Of a stretch of DNA of 64,000 bases, positions 1 to 10,181 are shown piece after piece (the stretch's first letter is position 1; each line of letters begins with the position of its first letter). This DNA is from an uncultured cyanobacterium (GTDB lineage: Bacteria > Cyanobacteriota > Cyanobacteriia > Cyanobacteriales > CAWUOF01): positions 3,200,001-3,264,000 of the forward strand of contig CAVUSO010000001.1 in the NCBI GenBank assembly GCA_963744145.1. Reading direction: 5' to 3'. The notes beneath the pieces are model-generated. The model saw only the letters and a program-made list of their open reading frames with translations. It searched no databases and was not told the origin of the DNA. The translations under genes and the position numbers were made by a program.

Positions 1-1743
1 CGACAAGCATGACGCTGAATCTTACCACTAGAAGTCTTAGGAATACTCCCAGGTTTAATTAATAAAATCTGATCAACTTGTAATTGATGATGTTCAACTA
101 CTGCTTGTCTAATTATTGATGCAATTGATTCTAACTCTGTCTGAGATTTACTGGGCTCGTTCGGATTAGTTTCCGACTGATTAGAACGACGACGTTCTAG
201 ATACTTCCGTTCAACCTCAGCGACAATAATTAAACGTTCCTGTTCATCTAAGTCTACCGCAAACGCTGCTACCAAACCAGTTCTAATGGCTGGTGAACTT
301 TTTTCTACAGTTGCTTCTAAATTCTTGAGGATAATGGTTACGACCTCTGATAATAATTAAATCTTTAATCCGACCAGTAACAAATAATTCACCATCTTTG
401 ATAAAACCTAAATCACCAGTTCGCAGAAATGGACCTGCTCCCGTTTCTACTTCATAAGCTTGGAAGGTATTTTTAGTAGCGATCGGTGCATTCCAGTAAC
501 CCAGAGCGACACTTGGACCAGCAACCCAAATCTCACCTACGCGCTCTGCTGAACATTGCATCTGGGTATGGGGATCAACAATGATCGTTTTTTGATCCAG
601 CCAATTTTGACCACATCCCACTAAAGTTCTGGTATCATTATCCATTTCAGTGGCGGCGATCGCCCGATCTTGACTTAATTCCGTCCCCTTAACCTGATAT
701 ATAACTGGAGTAACTCCTTTAGCACTACCACATACTGCTACAGTTGACTCAGCTAACCCATAACAGGGAGAAAAAGCTGTCGGACTGAAACCACATTCAG
801 CAAAGATTGAGGTAAACTTCTCTAAGGTTTCCGAACGAATTGGTTCAGCTCCATTAAAAGCAACCTTCCAACTACTTAAATCAAGATTGATTCTTTGTTG
901 AGCAGTAATTTTTTGAATACAAAGTTCATAGGCAAAATTTGGCCCACCACTAGTATGGGCTCGATAACGAGAAATTGCTTGTAACCATCGAACCGGACGC
1001 TGGAGAAAAACCACAGGGGACATCAGAATTGCTTGGGAGCCAATAAATAAAGCTTGAATTGTATTGCCTAAACCCATATCATGGTATAGGGGCAACCAAC
1101 TAACATAGCTAGATGTCTGATTATGCTGACAAGCTGTCTGAATAATGCGTTGATTGTGGATTAAATTACCATGACTAATCATTACCCCTTTCGGAGCTGA
1201 AGTTGAACCAGATGTATATTGGAGAAACGCTAGGGTTTGTGCATCAATTGCTGGTTCTTCCCATACTCCCGTGAAATTAATTTGATCTGTAGCGAACCAG
1301 GACATGGCTTGCAGATCAGAATACTGAGTAAACTGTCGTTCAATCTGAGCTAAGATGCTACTCGTGGTCAGACTAATCGTTGCTTGAGCATCAGCCACAA
1401 TTGCTTGTAAACGCTTGAGCGACTGGTTCAGTCGCGGTGGATAAGCAGGAACCGCCACCACCCCAGCATATAAGCAACCAAAAAATGCCACAATAAATTC
1501 TAATCCTGGAGGATAGAGCATCAATGCCCTTTTCCCAGTTGCGTTCAGACTTTGTAGTAGTCCCGCGATCGTCTGGGCTTGTTGATCCAATTCTTGATAA
1601 GTTAGACTAGTTTCTTGGTTTTCTCCGTCTTCGAGAAAGATAAAAGCAATTTCTGTGGGCTGAGTAATTGCTCTAGAACGTAAGAGTTCAACTAGCGTAT
1701 CAAACTCAAGAGTAGGAATTGGGTCGCAAAGCGTAATATTCAT
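1..1743 (-). pseudogene. Fatty acyl-AMP ligase (FAAL) with a 1-nt frameshift at ~322; runs off the window start
   Basis: Motifs FLQYTSGSTSAPKG, SWLPLYHDMGL, YGLAE, RTGDLGF, GRNHYPQ. After ~322 another frame continues (D)LEATVEKSSPAIRTGLVAAF...IPKTSSGKIQRHAC, the normal FAAL C-terminus. ATG at 1743. Confidence 0.85.
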
Positions 1744-2127
1744 CGACAATTCAAAATAAGTAAGGTTAATAGTAATTTTCTGGCGGGAAATTCACAGTGG
1801 CAAAGGTATTTACCCTGAATTTAGTTTAAACTTGGATTCAGTCTTAACATTGCATAATTTACTCATCACTTGATTGAGACTGAGGATATTGGCCACTCGG
1901 AGGACTGATCTATGTTTTAATTGGGATCACTCATTATATCTTCTCACCAGATTATTTAAGTTAATCTTAACCTTTTTTTACCATTTAGTCACAAATTGAT
2001 CAGACTTAATTTTTAAATAGTATTCACAAAAATCTTCGCATATTGCTTTAAACTAGCCAAAAATGGTTTGACCGCTCACTGACAGGGGATCAAGTGATCA
2101 AAATGTTGTTTCAAAATTGATAGGGTA

Positions 2128-3894
2128 ATGTTACTATCCCTGCGGATTGAAAATTTTGCTCTGATTGACCATCTGGAGTTAGAATTTGGTCATGGGTTAA
2201 ATGTTCTTACTGGTGAAACTGGAGCTGGTAAGTCAATTATCCTGGACGCATTAGATGCAGCATTAGGAGGGAAACTCACCTCAAGAGCAGTTCGGACTGG
2301 TGCAAATCGCTCCTTGGTAGAAGCAACTTTTGAATTGAAACCAGATGTAGCCCAATGGTTGCGGAATCAGGAAATTGAGCTGTTAGAAGAGACATTAGTC
2401 GTCGCAAGTCGGGAACTGGTTTTAAGTGTAGGGGGAGTCAGAAGTCGCTCCCGTCTCAATGGTGTATTGGTGAATCGTCAATTGATGGATCAATTGCGCG
2501 ATCGCTTAGTGGAAATTACCGCTCAAGGTCAAACCAGTGGTTTAGGAAAAGCGGCTTTACAACGAGACTGGTTAGATTTATATGGTGGTCAGATCATCCT
2601 TCAGCAACGTCAAACTGTCGCTGCGGCTTTTGCTGCTTGGACTTCGGCTCGATTAGCTTTAGAAAAGAGAAGACAATCAGAACAGCAACGTCTCCAACGT
2701 CTAGATTTGTTGACTTATCAAAGTCAAGAACTGAGTACCGCTAATCTCACGGATATCGATGAATTAGAACAACTTGAGCAAGAACGTAATCGTTTAAGTC
2801 ATGTAGTTGATTTGCAAAAAGAAAGCTATCAAGTCTATGCAAATTTATATGAACAAGAGAACGGCGATCGAGCTGCCGCAGACTTGATTGGTCAAGCAGA
2901 AGCCACTTTAAGCGATATGGTGATTTATGATAGTCAATTACAACCCATTCTCGAAATGGTGCGAGATGCTTTAGCTCAAGTAACCCAAGCAGGAAGACAG
3001 CTAGCTAGTTATGGTGCTAGTCTAGAAGCTGACCCAGAAAGATTGAGCGAAGTAGACGAGAGAATTCGGGAATTAAAACAAATTTGCCGTAAATATGGAC
3101 CGACATTGACCGAAGCGATCGCATACCGCGATCGGATTCAAGTCGAATTGACCGAACTCTGGTCAGATGGTCAGTCCCTGGATACCTTAGAACAAGCGGA
3201 ACAAATTTGCACTGCTCAATTAATTGCAGCTAGTGAAAAACTGACTAAGTTACGTTGTGCTAGTGCCAATCAACTAGAATCCCATTTAATTGCAGAACTG
3301 AAACCTCTAGCTATGGCAAAAGTTCAGTTTCAAGTAGATATTATGCCCTGTACCCCCACCGCAGCAGGAGCAGACCAAATTACTTTTAGTTTTAGTCCTA
3401 ATCCTGGTGAACCCATGCAACCTCTAGGTGCGATCGCTTCGGGAGGAGAAATGAGTCGCTTTCTCTTAGCACTGAAAGCTTGTTTTTCCCAGGTTGATCA
3501 AGTACCTACTTTAGTCTTTGATGAAATTGATGTGGGTGTGTCTGGTAAAGTTGCTCAGACGATCGCCCAAAAACTTTATCAACTCAGTGATCACCATCAA
3601 GTTCTCTGTGTTACTCATCAACCAATTGTCGCTGCTATGGCTGATTGCCATTTTCGGGTCAACAAACAAGTCATCGAACCCTCACAGATCGGAACAGAAA
3701 ATTTTCTCCCGGTTTCTGGGCCAAATGATTTACGAACCGTTGTGCGAGTGGTAACTTTAGATCATCAGCAACGCCGGGTCGAACTGGCCCAATTAGCTAG
3801 CGGACAGTCAGACTTAGAAGCGATCGCTTTTGCCGAATCTCTGTTAACTCAAGCAGAACATTTGCGGCAAAAACCAAATTCCCATTTGGCTTAA
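2128..3894 (+). CDS. recN: DNA repair protein RecN
   Basis: Walker A GETGAGKS, long coiled coil, signature ASGGE, Walker B LVFDEID, THQP; 588 aa. Confidence 0.97.
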   Translation: MLLSLRIENFALIDHLELEFGHGLNVLTGETGAGKSIILDALDAALGGKLTSRAVRTGANRSLVEATFELKPDVAQWLRNQEIELLEETLVVASRELVLSVGGVRSRSRLNGVLVNRQLMDQLRDRLVEITAQGQTSGLGKAALQRDWLDLYGGQIILQQRQTVAAAFAAWTSARLALEKRRQSEQQRLQRLDLLTYQSQELSTANLTDIDELEQLEQERNRLSHVVDLQKESYQVYANLYEQENGDRAAADLIGQAEATLSDMVIYDSQLQPILEMVRDALAQVTQAGRQLASYGASLEADPERLSEVDERIRELKQICRKYGPTLTEAIAYRDRIQVELTELWSDGQSLDTLEQAEQICTAQLIAASEKLTKLRCASANQLESHLIAELKPLAMAKVQFQVDIMPCTPTAAGADQITFSFSPNPGEPMQPLGAIASGGEMSRFLLALKACFSQVDQVPTLVFDEIDVGVSGKVAQTIAQKLYQLSDHHQVLCVTHQPIVAAMADCHFRVNKQVIEPSQIGTENFLPVSGPNDLRTVVRVVTLDHQQRRVELAQLASGQSDLEAIAFAESLLTQAEHLRQKPNSHLA

Positions 3895-3971
3895 CTCATT
3901 TCCCGAGAATTAAACAATCAACTAAACCCTTGCTTAGAGTAAAACTTTTATAATACTGCTTGGACTCGCCT

Positions 3972-6656
3972 ATGACAGCCGCATCTACCTCCTATCCGCG
4001 AACAGCATGGAACCACTCGGACACCGTCATTGAGGTTGTCGCCCAAAGAGTAACGGAAACACCTCCTCTAACAGTGGAGAGTATTCCTACCCTAGATGAA
4101 ATTACACCGCAACCGCAAGAGAGTCAACCATCCCAACCTCCGAATAACTTTGCCAATAGTAATCCAGGTAGTGCTTTAACTACCACAAAAGGCAGTTTTT
4201 CGGATTTTCTCGCTCCCTTAAGTAAAGATACTTTCAAACAAGTCGTTACTGACGTTGAAAGTAAACTTCAGGTAGTGAATCAAACCCTGTCAATGCTCGA
4301 TATGATTGACTCCCAGGGGTTTGATGCGATTTTAGATGAAATGTTGCGCTCGATTACCCTCAAAACCGGAGAATTATTAAACGCCGATCGCACGACCATT
4401 TTTTTATTAGATGAAGAAAGAAATGAATTATGGTCAATTGTCGCTAAGGGAGAAAATGGGCTGCCTTTAGAATTAAGAATTCCGGCTGATAAAGGGATTG
4501 CGGGTGAAGTAGCTACTGAAAAAAGACTAGTTAACATTCCCTATGATTTTTATAGCGATCCACGTTCAGCTTTTGCCCAAACGCAAGAGAAAAAGACCGG
4601 ATATCGCACCTATACAATGCTAGCATTACCGCTGTTAAATGACGAGGGAAATTTAGTAGCAGTTATTCAATTGATCAACAAATTAAAACCTGTTAATGAT
4701 CCGATCGCAATTTTATCAGAACGAATAGATATTAACGGTTTTACCGCCATTGATGAAGAAGTTTTTGCTCAATTTGCTCCTTCAATTCGGCTGATTTTAG
4801 AATCGTCTAAATCGTTTTATAAGGCAACTCAACGTCAGCGAGCAGCCGCAGCATTGATGACCGCAACCCAATCTCTGAGTCAAAGTAGTTTAGATTTAGA
4901 AGATACTTTGACCAAGGTGATGGATGAAGCGAAAAAATTAATGAACGCCGATCGCAGTACCCTGTGGTTGTTAGATAACGATCACGAGCAATTATGGACG
5001 AAAATCCCAATTAATGGTAGTTTAAAAGAAATCCGGATTCCCCGGAAGGCAGGTTTTGCTGGTCAAGTTGCGACATCTGGTGAACCCCTAATTATTGGAT
5101 TTGATATCTACGATCATCCTGGTTCAGAAACATCTAAACAAACAGACCAAAGAACTGGCTATCGCACCTGTAGTCTGTTGTGTATGCCAGTATTTAATGC
5201 TGATAAAGAATTAATCGGCGTCACGCAGTTAATTAATAAGAAAAAACAAGGTGATTTTCCGGCTTACGATCCAGCAGATTGGCCAAATGCTCCCGAATGT
5301 TGGCGATCGAGTTTTAATCGCAGCGATCTAGAATTTATGCAGGCATTTAATATCCAAGCAGGAGTAGCCCTGCAAAATGCCAAACTATTTGCCACCGTCA
5401 AACAGCAAGAACAAATGCAGCGGGATATTCTCCGCAGTTTGAGCAACGGTGTGATTTCCACCGATAAAGCTGGCAATGTTATAGCAGCTAATGAAAGTGC
5501 GAAAAAATTATTAGGACGTAGTGAAGAAGAGCGGATTGAGGGTAAATCAGTTCAGGAATTAGTCCGACTCGAAAAAGGTGATTTCTCCAAATGGTTTACA
5601 GATGCTTTAGCCGCTGAATCGGAAAAATCCAGACAGCAATATTATCCCGAACAAACTTTATTATCCCAGGGAGAAGAACAACATAGTATTAATTTGTCGA
5701 TCAACTCGATCGCTGATGCGGCTGACTCTAATAATGTCTATGGTGCATTAGTAGTAATGGAAGACATCAGTAACGAGAAGCGACTCAAGAGTACCATGTA
5801 TCGTTACATGACCCAGGAAGTAGCAGAACAGTTACTAGCTAGTGGAGATACGGGATTAGGAGGTAAACGCAAAGAAGTTACTGTATTGTTTTCCGATATT
5901 CGTAGTTATACCACTTTGACCGAAGGAATGGAAGCGGAAGCAGTGGTAGCGATGCTCAATGAATATTTCGAGTCAATGGTAGATGCGGTATTTCAATATA
6001 AAGGCACTCTCGATAAGTATATCGGTGATGCAATTATGGCCGTATTTGGGTCACCCTTACCCTTAGCAGACCATGCTTGGATGGCAGTGCAAACTGCGGT
6101 AGAAATGCGTCATCGTTTAGAGGATTTTAATAAAAAACGGGTGTTTGAAAGTAAGCAAACAATTAGTATCGGGATTGGTGTTCACTCTGATGAAGTAGTG
6201 AGTGGTAATATTGGTTCGAGCAAACGGATGGAATTAACTTCGATTGGGGATGGTGTTAACCTGGGATCGCGGTTAGAAGGAACCAGTAAGATGTATGGTA
6301 CGGATATTGTGATTAGCGAAAAAACCTTTCTACCTTGTAAGGACAAAATATATGTCAGAGAACTAGATTTTATTACAGTTAAAGGTAAAAATGAACCAGT
6401 AAAAATTTATGAACTGGTGGGACTTCGTTCTGAACCAGTAGCACCGGAAAAGTTAGAAATCATGGAACATTACGAAAAAGGACGACAATATTATCGCAAC
6501 CGCAACTTTATCCGTGCTTTAACTGAATTTGGTCAAGTTTTGGCAATTGATACGAAGAATAAAGCAGCCGATTTACATATAGATCGTTGCAACTACTTCA
6601 TCGAACATCCACCTGACGAAAATTGGGATGGGGTCTGGAGACTGACCGAAAAGTAG
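3972..6656 (+). CDS. cyaB: GAF-GAF-PAS class III adenylate cyclase (CyaB type)
   Basis: Two GAF domains (ADRTTIFL...GYRT, ADRSTLWL...GYRTCS), PAS, catalytic FSDIR, DKYIGD, ELTSIGDGVNLGSRLEG, C-terminal TPR-like tail. Start could also be TTG at 3960. Confidence 0.92.
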   Translation: MTAASTSYPRTAWNHSDTVIEVVAQRVTETPPLTVESIPTLDEITPQPQESQPSQPPNNFANSNPGSALTTTKGSFSDFLAPLSKDTFKQVVTDVESKLQVVNQTLSMLDMIDSQGFDAILDEMLRSITLKTGELLNADRTTIFLLDEERNELWSIVAKGENGLPLELRIPADKGIAGEVATEKRLVNIPYDFYSDPRSAFAQTQEKKTGYRTYTMLALPLLNDEGNLVAVIQLINKLKPVNDPIAILSERIDINGFTAIDEEVFAQFAPSIRLILESSKSFYKATQRQRAAAALMTATQSLSQSSLDLEDTLTKVMDEAKKLMNADRSTLWLLDNDHEQLWTKIPINGSLKEIRIPRKAGFAGQVATSGEPLIIGFDIYDHPGSETSKQTDQRTGYRTCSLLCMPVFNADKELIGVTQLINKKKQGDFPAYDPADWPNAPECWRSSFNRSDLEFMQAFNIQAGVALQNAKLFATVKQQEQMQRDILRSLSNGVISTDKAGNVIAANESAKKLLGRSEEERIEGKSVQELVRLEKGDFSKWFTDALAAESEKSRQQYYPEQTLLSQGEEQHSINLSINSIADAADSNNVYGALVVMEDISNEKRLKSTMYRYMTQEVAEQLLASGDTGLGGKRKEVTVLFSDIRSYTTLTEGMEAEAVVAMLNEYFESMVDAVFQYKGTLDKYIGDAIMAVFGSPLPLADHAWMAVQTAVEMRHRLEDFNKKRVFESKQTISIGIGVHSDEVVSGNIGSSKRMELTSIGDGVNLGSRLEGTSKMYGTDIVISEKTFLPCKDKIYVRELDFITVKGKNEPVKIYELVGLRSEPVAPEKLEIMEHYEKGRQYYRNRNFIRALTEFGQVLAIDTKNKAADLHIDRCNYFIEHPPDENWDGVWRLTEK

Positions 6657-6840
6657 TATTCTGATGTCAGTTTGTCTACCTCGAATCGTTGAGTTAGGTG
6701 AAAAGAGGTTTCTGATCCGTTCCTCGCCAAAAAGCTAAAAACGGATGACAAATTACTGGAAAGCTTTCCCTAGAAGCATTCCCATCCTGCAACTCCCTTG
6801 TGATGGAGTCGCCTTACCCTCGCCGAAGACCGGATAGAAT

Positions 6841-7737
6841 ATGCAATTAGGTAGCCAGGAAACCAACTTTTCTGACATTGGTGCTGCAAAAAGCTTAACG
6901 TCTCTTGACCAAGCACGGGCAACCGGCGATGATAAAGACGTTTCGGTTTTGTTTTCGGATATTAGCGGCTACACCAAATTAATCAAAACTTTAGAATCAG
7001 AAGAGCTAGCCGATCTGCTCTCTGACTACTTCGATGCGATGGTGCAAGTCGTTTCTAAATATAAACAAACTCTCAATCAACAATTAGAATCGGCTTGTAT
7101 TGCTAATCGGATTATTACTCTGTTTGGTTCCCCCTTACCTTTGCCAGACCATGCTTGGATCGCCCTCAAAACAGCTCGGGAAATGTGCGATCGGTTGGCC
7201 AGTTTTAATGAAAATCGTCTGAAAACCCAAAAACCAGAGATTAAAATTGGAATTGGGATTAATTCAGATCGGGTCAACCCTCATGCTGTTGGTGCTACTC
7301 AGGGGATGGAATTTATGGCCATTGGTGCTGGCGTCCATCTGAGCTATCGTTTGGAAGGTGTTTGTAAGCAATATGGCTGTAAAGTTGTTTTGAGTGAAAA
7401 TACTTATAAACTTTGTCAAGATCGGATCTGGATTAGAAAACTAGACTCGATTCGGCTCCAAGGAAATAATCGACCCGCGATCGCTATTTATGAATTTCTT
7501 GGTTTCCGCAATGAACCAATTTCTGACCAAAAACAGCAAGTGATTGAACACTACGATAAAGGTAGGGAATATTACTTAAATAAAAAATTTGCGATCGCCA
7601 TGGGAGAATTTGCCACAGTCATGGAAATTGATAGCAGTGATAAAGCTGCGGCAATTCAATTAGCCCGTTGTCAACATTGGCTGAAATCACCTCCGACGGA
7701 GGAATGGGATGGCTCATGGACAATTGGTGATAGCTAA
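6841..7737 (+). CDS. Stand-alone adenylate/guanylate cyclase-like protein with degenerate active site
   Basis: Colinear with the catalytic domain and tail of the upstream cyclase (FSDI, FGSPLPLPDHAW, IGIGINSD, RLEG, WDGSW), but DKYIGD is replaced by SACIAN and the catalytic Asn by His. Confidence 0.85.
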   Translation: MQLGSQETNFSDIGAAKSLTSLDQARATGDDKDVSVLFSDISGYTKLIKTLESEELADLLSDYFDAMVQVVSKYKQTLNQQLESACIANRIITLFGSPLPLPDHAWIALKTAREMCDRLASFNENRLKTQKPEIKIGIGINSDRVNPHAVGATQGMEFMAIGAGVHLSYRLEGVCKQYGCKVVLSENTYKLCQDRIWIRKLDSIRLQGNNRPAIAIYEFLGFRNEPISDQKQQVIEHYDKGREYYLNKKFAIAMGEFATVMEIDSSDKAAAIQLARCQHWLKSPPTEEWDGSWTIGDS

Positions 7738-7865
7738 AATTACCAAGAAAATCTAGTTGGTGGTGAACCGAATCTGTTTTAAAATGCTATTCGGAGCTTT
7801 CCTGTGATCGCCTTTTCCTCTAGACAAAGGCGGTGACAGTCGCGCAAAAATATTTCAGATGGAGA

Positions 7866-8393
7866 ATGGTTTTGGATTTATCGCGTATTCCCCCCCAACC
7901 TAAACCGGGTCTAATCAATGTTGTGATTGAAATTCCCGCAGGTAGTAAAAATAAATACGAATTTGATAAAGATTTGCAAGCTTTTGCCCTGGATCGGGTT
8001 TTGTATTCCTCAGTTCAATATCCTTATGACTATGGATTTGTCCCCAATACCCTCGCAGATGACGGTGATCCTCTAGATGGAATGGTAATTATTGGTCAAC
8101 CCACCTTTCCTGGTTGTGTAATTGCTGCCCGTCCGATTGGAATGCTGGAAATGATTGATGGGGGCGATCGGGACGAGAAGATTCTTTGTGTGCCCGACAA
8201 AGATCCGCGTTATACCCAAATCAAAAGTATTCATGATCTCACCCCCCATCGCTTAGAAGAAATTGCCGAATTTTTCCGAACTTACAAAAATTTAGAAAAG
8301 AAAACCACAGAAATTCTGGGGTGGCAAGAAGTAGGAAAAGTGCTGGAATTAATCGACAAGTCCATTAAAGCACACAATGCTCAGCCCAAGTAA
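7866..8393 (+). CDS. ppa: Inorganic pyrophosphatase
   Basis: IEIP, KYE, LDR, YGF, DGDPLD, DEK, FFRTYK motifs of family I PPase; start at 7866 or TTG 7872. Confidence 0.96.
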   Translation: MVLDLSRIPPQPKPGLINVVIEIPAGSKNKYEFDKDLQAFALDRVLYSSVQYPYDYGFVPNTLADDGDPLDGMVIIGQPTFPGCVIAARPIGMLEMIDGGDRDEKILCVPDKDPRYTQIKSIHDLTPHRLEEIAEFFRTYKNLEKKTTEILGWQEVGKVLELIDKSIKAHNAQPK

Positions 8394-8666
8394 GTAAAAC
8401 CAGTCAATTTTGGTTTAGACCATCTCAGTTCATAAGTTTAGGTTCTGGCTGATCTTGGATTGAGATCAGCCCGAGCGGATCAAAAAAGTCGCTCATATAA
8501 ATAAATCAACCGAGCAAAATTATTAATTCTGGCCAAAATGGCATAGACTAGCATTAATGGGGAAAATTAGATATAATTTTCATTATTGCACTTGCCAATC
8601 AATACATTTTGGCTAAAGGTTAGTTAACTTTCCCACGATCTCCCTTGGAGTTATTTTCAAATTACT

Positions 8667-9062
8667 ATGCAACGACCCCTCCTGTTGGCCAAGATTCCCA
8701 GTTGTACATTAACGGCTGTTAATTTGGATTACAGGGATAGCATCAGTATTGCTCAAACACTATTGGACGCTGCTGGTATTTTAGTATACGAGCAAGTACA
8801 AGTAGTGAATATCACCAAGGTCGAGCGTCTGATTACTTATGCACTTTCTGCTCCAGCGAATTCGGGTGCGATTAAACTTAATGGTGCAGCCGCCCGGATG
8901 GGCATGAAGGGCGATCGCTTAATCATCATGTCATATTGTCAACTAGCTGGGGAAGAACTAAAAAATTATTCGCCCAGGGTCATTTTAGTAGACGAACAGA
9001 ACCCTGTTGTAGAAGTTCGGACCTACACTGACTTGCTAACATTAGGCCATCCTGAATCTTAA
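8667..9062 (+). CDS. panD: Aspartate 1-decarboxylase homologue, possibly inactive
   Basis: Length and motifs of PanD (K9, R54, T57-Y58, NGAAAR, GDRLII), but Asp24-Ser25 instead of Gly24-Ser25 and Pro11 instead of His11. Confidence 0.88.
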   Translation: MQRPLLLAKIPSCTLTAVNLDYRDSISIAQTLLDAAGILVYEQVQVVNITKVERLITYALSAPANSGAIKLNGAAARMGMKGDRLIIMSYCQLAGEELKNYSPRVILVDEQNPVVEVRTYTDLLTLGHPES

Positions 9063-9065
9063 AAG

Positions 9066-9974
9066 ATGCCAGATAAACATCAGACTGTAAATCCTTCAGA
9101 ACCTGCTGAGGGGAAAGCCATCAGCCAAACTAGCCCAAGTGCTGAATTCAGCGTCTATTTTTGGGGAGTAAGGGGCAGCATTGCTACTCCTGGAATCGAA
9201 ACAGTTCGTTATGGGGGCAATACCTCTTGTGTGGAAATGCGGGCAGGAGGTAAACGCTTAATTTTTGATGGTGGGACGGGATTGCGGGTATTGGGGACAA
9301 CTCTGCTCCAGCAGATGCCCGTCGAAGCATATATGTTTTTTACCCATTCCCACTGGGATCATATTCAAGGGTTTCCTTTTTTTGTACCAGCATTTATCCC
9401 AGGTAATCGTTTTAATATTTATGGTGCAGTTGCTCCCAATGGTGCAACCCTGAAACAACGTCTATCTGATCAGATGCTCCATCCCAACTTCCCTGTCCCG
9501 CTTCGGATTATGCAGTCTGAATTAAACTTTTATGATCTTCACCCAGGTGATATTATTCATCTAGATGATATTGAAATTGAAACAGCCCACCTCAACCATC
9601 CCAGTGATGCGATCGGCTATCGTGTGACTTGGCAGGGACACACAGCCGTATACTGTACAGATACAGAACATCCCCAGGAAGGTTTAGATCAGAACATTGT
9701 ACATTTAGCCCGGAATGCCGATGTTTTTATCTATGATGCAACTTACACAAACGAAGAATATTATCATCTCAAAACTCCGAAAATGGGCTGGGGACACTCT
9801 ACTTGGGAAGTAGGAGTAGAATTAGCTAAAGCCGCAGGAGTTAAACGTCTACTGATTTTTCATCATGATCCCGCTCATAATGATGACTTTTTAGATCAGG
9901 TCGAAGCCCAGGTCCAAGCGATCTTTCCCAATGGGTTACTAGCTCGAGAAGGGATGATCCTGAAGTTGGTTTAA
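9066..9974 (+). CDS. MBL-fold metallo-hydrolase
   Basis: WGVRGS, YGGNTSC, THSHWDH (HxHxDH), WGHS, FHHDP motifs. Confidence 0.92.
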   Translation: MPDKHQTVNPSEPAEGKAISQTSPSAEFSVYFWGVRGSIATPGIETVRYGGNTSCVEMRAGGKRLIFDGGTGLRVLGTTLLQQMPVEAYMFFTHSHWDHIQGFPFFVPAFIPGNRFNIYGAVAPNGATLKQRLSDQMLHPNFPVPLRIMQSELNFYDLHPGDIIHLDDIEIETAHLNHPSDAIGYRVTWQGHTAVYCTDTEHPQEGLDQNIVHLARNADVFIYDATYTNEEYYHLKTPKMGWGHSTWEVGVELAKAAGVKRLLIFHHDPAHNDDFLDQVEAQVQAIFPNGLLAREGMILKLV

Positions 9975-9995
9975 TTATTGTTTAGTGGTGATGAA

Positions 9996-10027
9996 GCGGC
10001 GATCGGTTTGGTTAAATCGATCGCCGC
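9996..10027. terminator. Stem-loop downstream of the MBL gene
   Basis: GCGGCGATCGGTTT-GGTT-AAATCGATCGCCGC inverted repeat followed by a T-rich stretch. Confidence 0.6.
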
Positions 10028-10050
10028 ACTTATTTTGAAGATAATCATAC

Positions 10051-10078
10051 TTGACTATTATAACTGAATAGCTATAAA
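10051..10078 (+). promoter_or_regulatory. Putative sigma70 promoter of bchE with an overlapping palindrome
   Basis: TTGACT-N16-TATAAA; the TTATA-N10-TATAA dyad spans the spacer and -10 box. Confidence 0.4.
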
Positions 10079-10181
10079 GTTTTTTTCAAATAGGAGCAGG
10101 CCGATCGCAACTAGTCATAGTTGAGGGATCTGGTGCAGCCATTTAATCATAAATAATTTACTCAATTCAGGAGTATTAATT

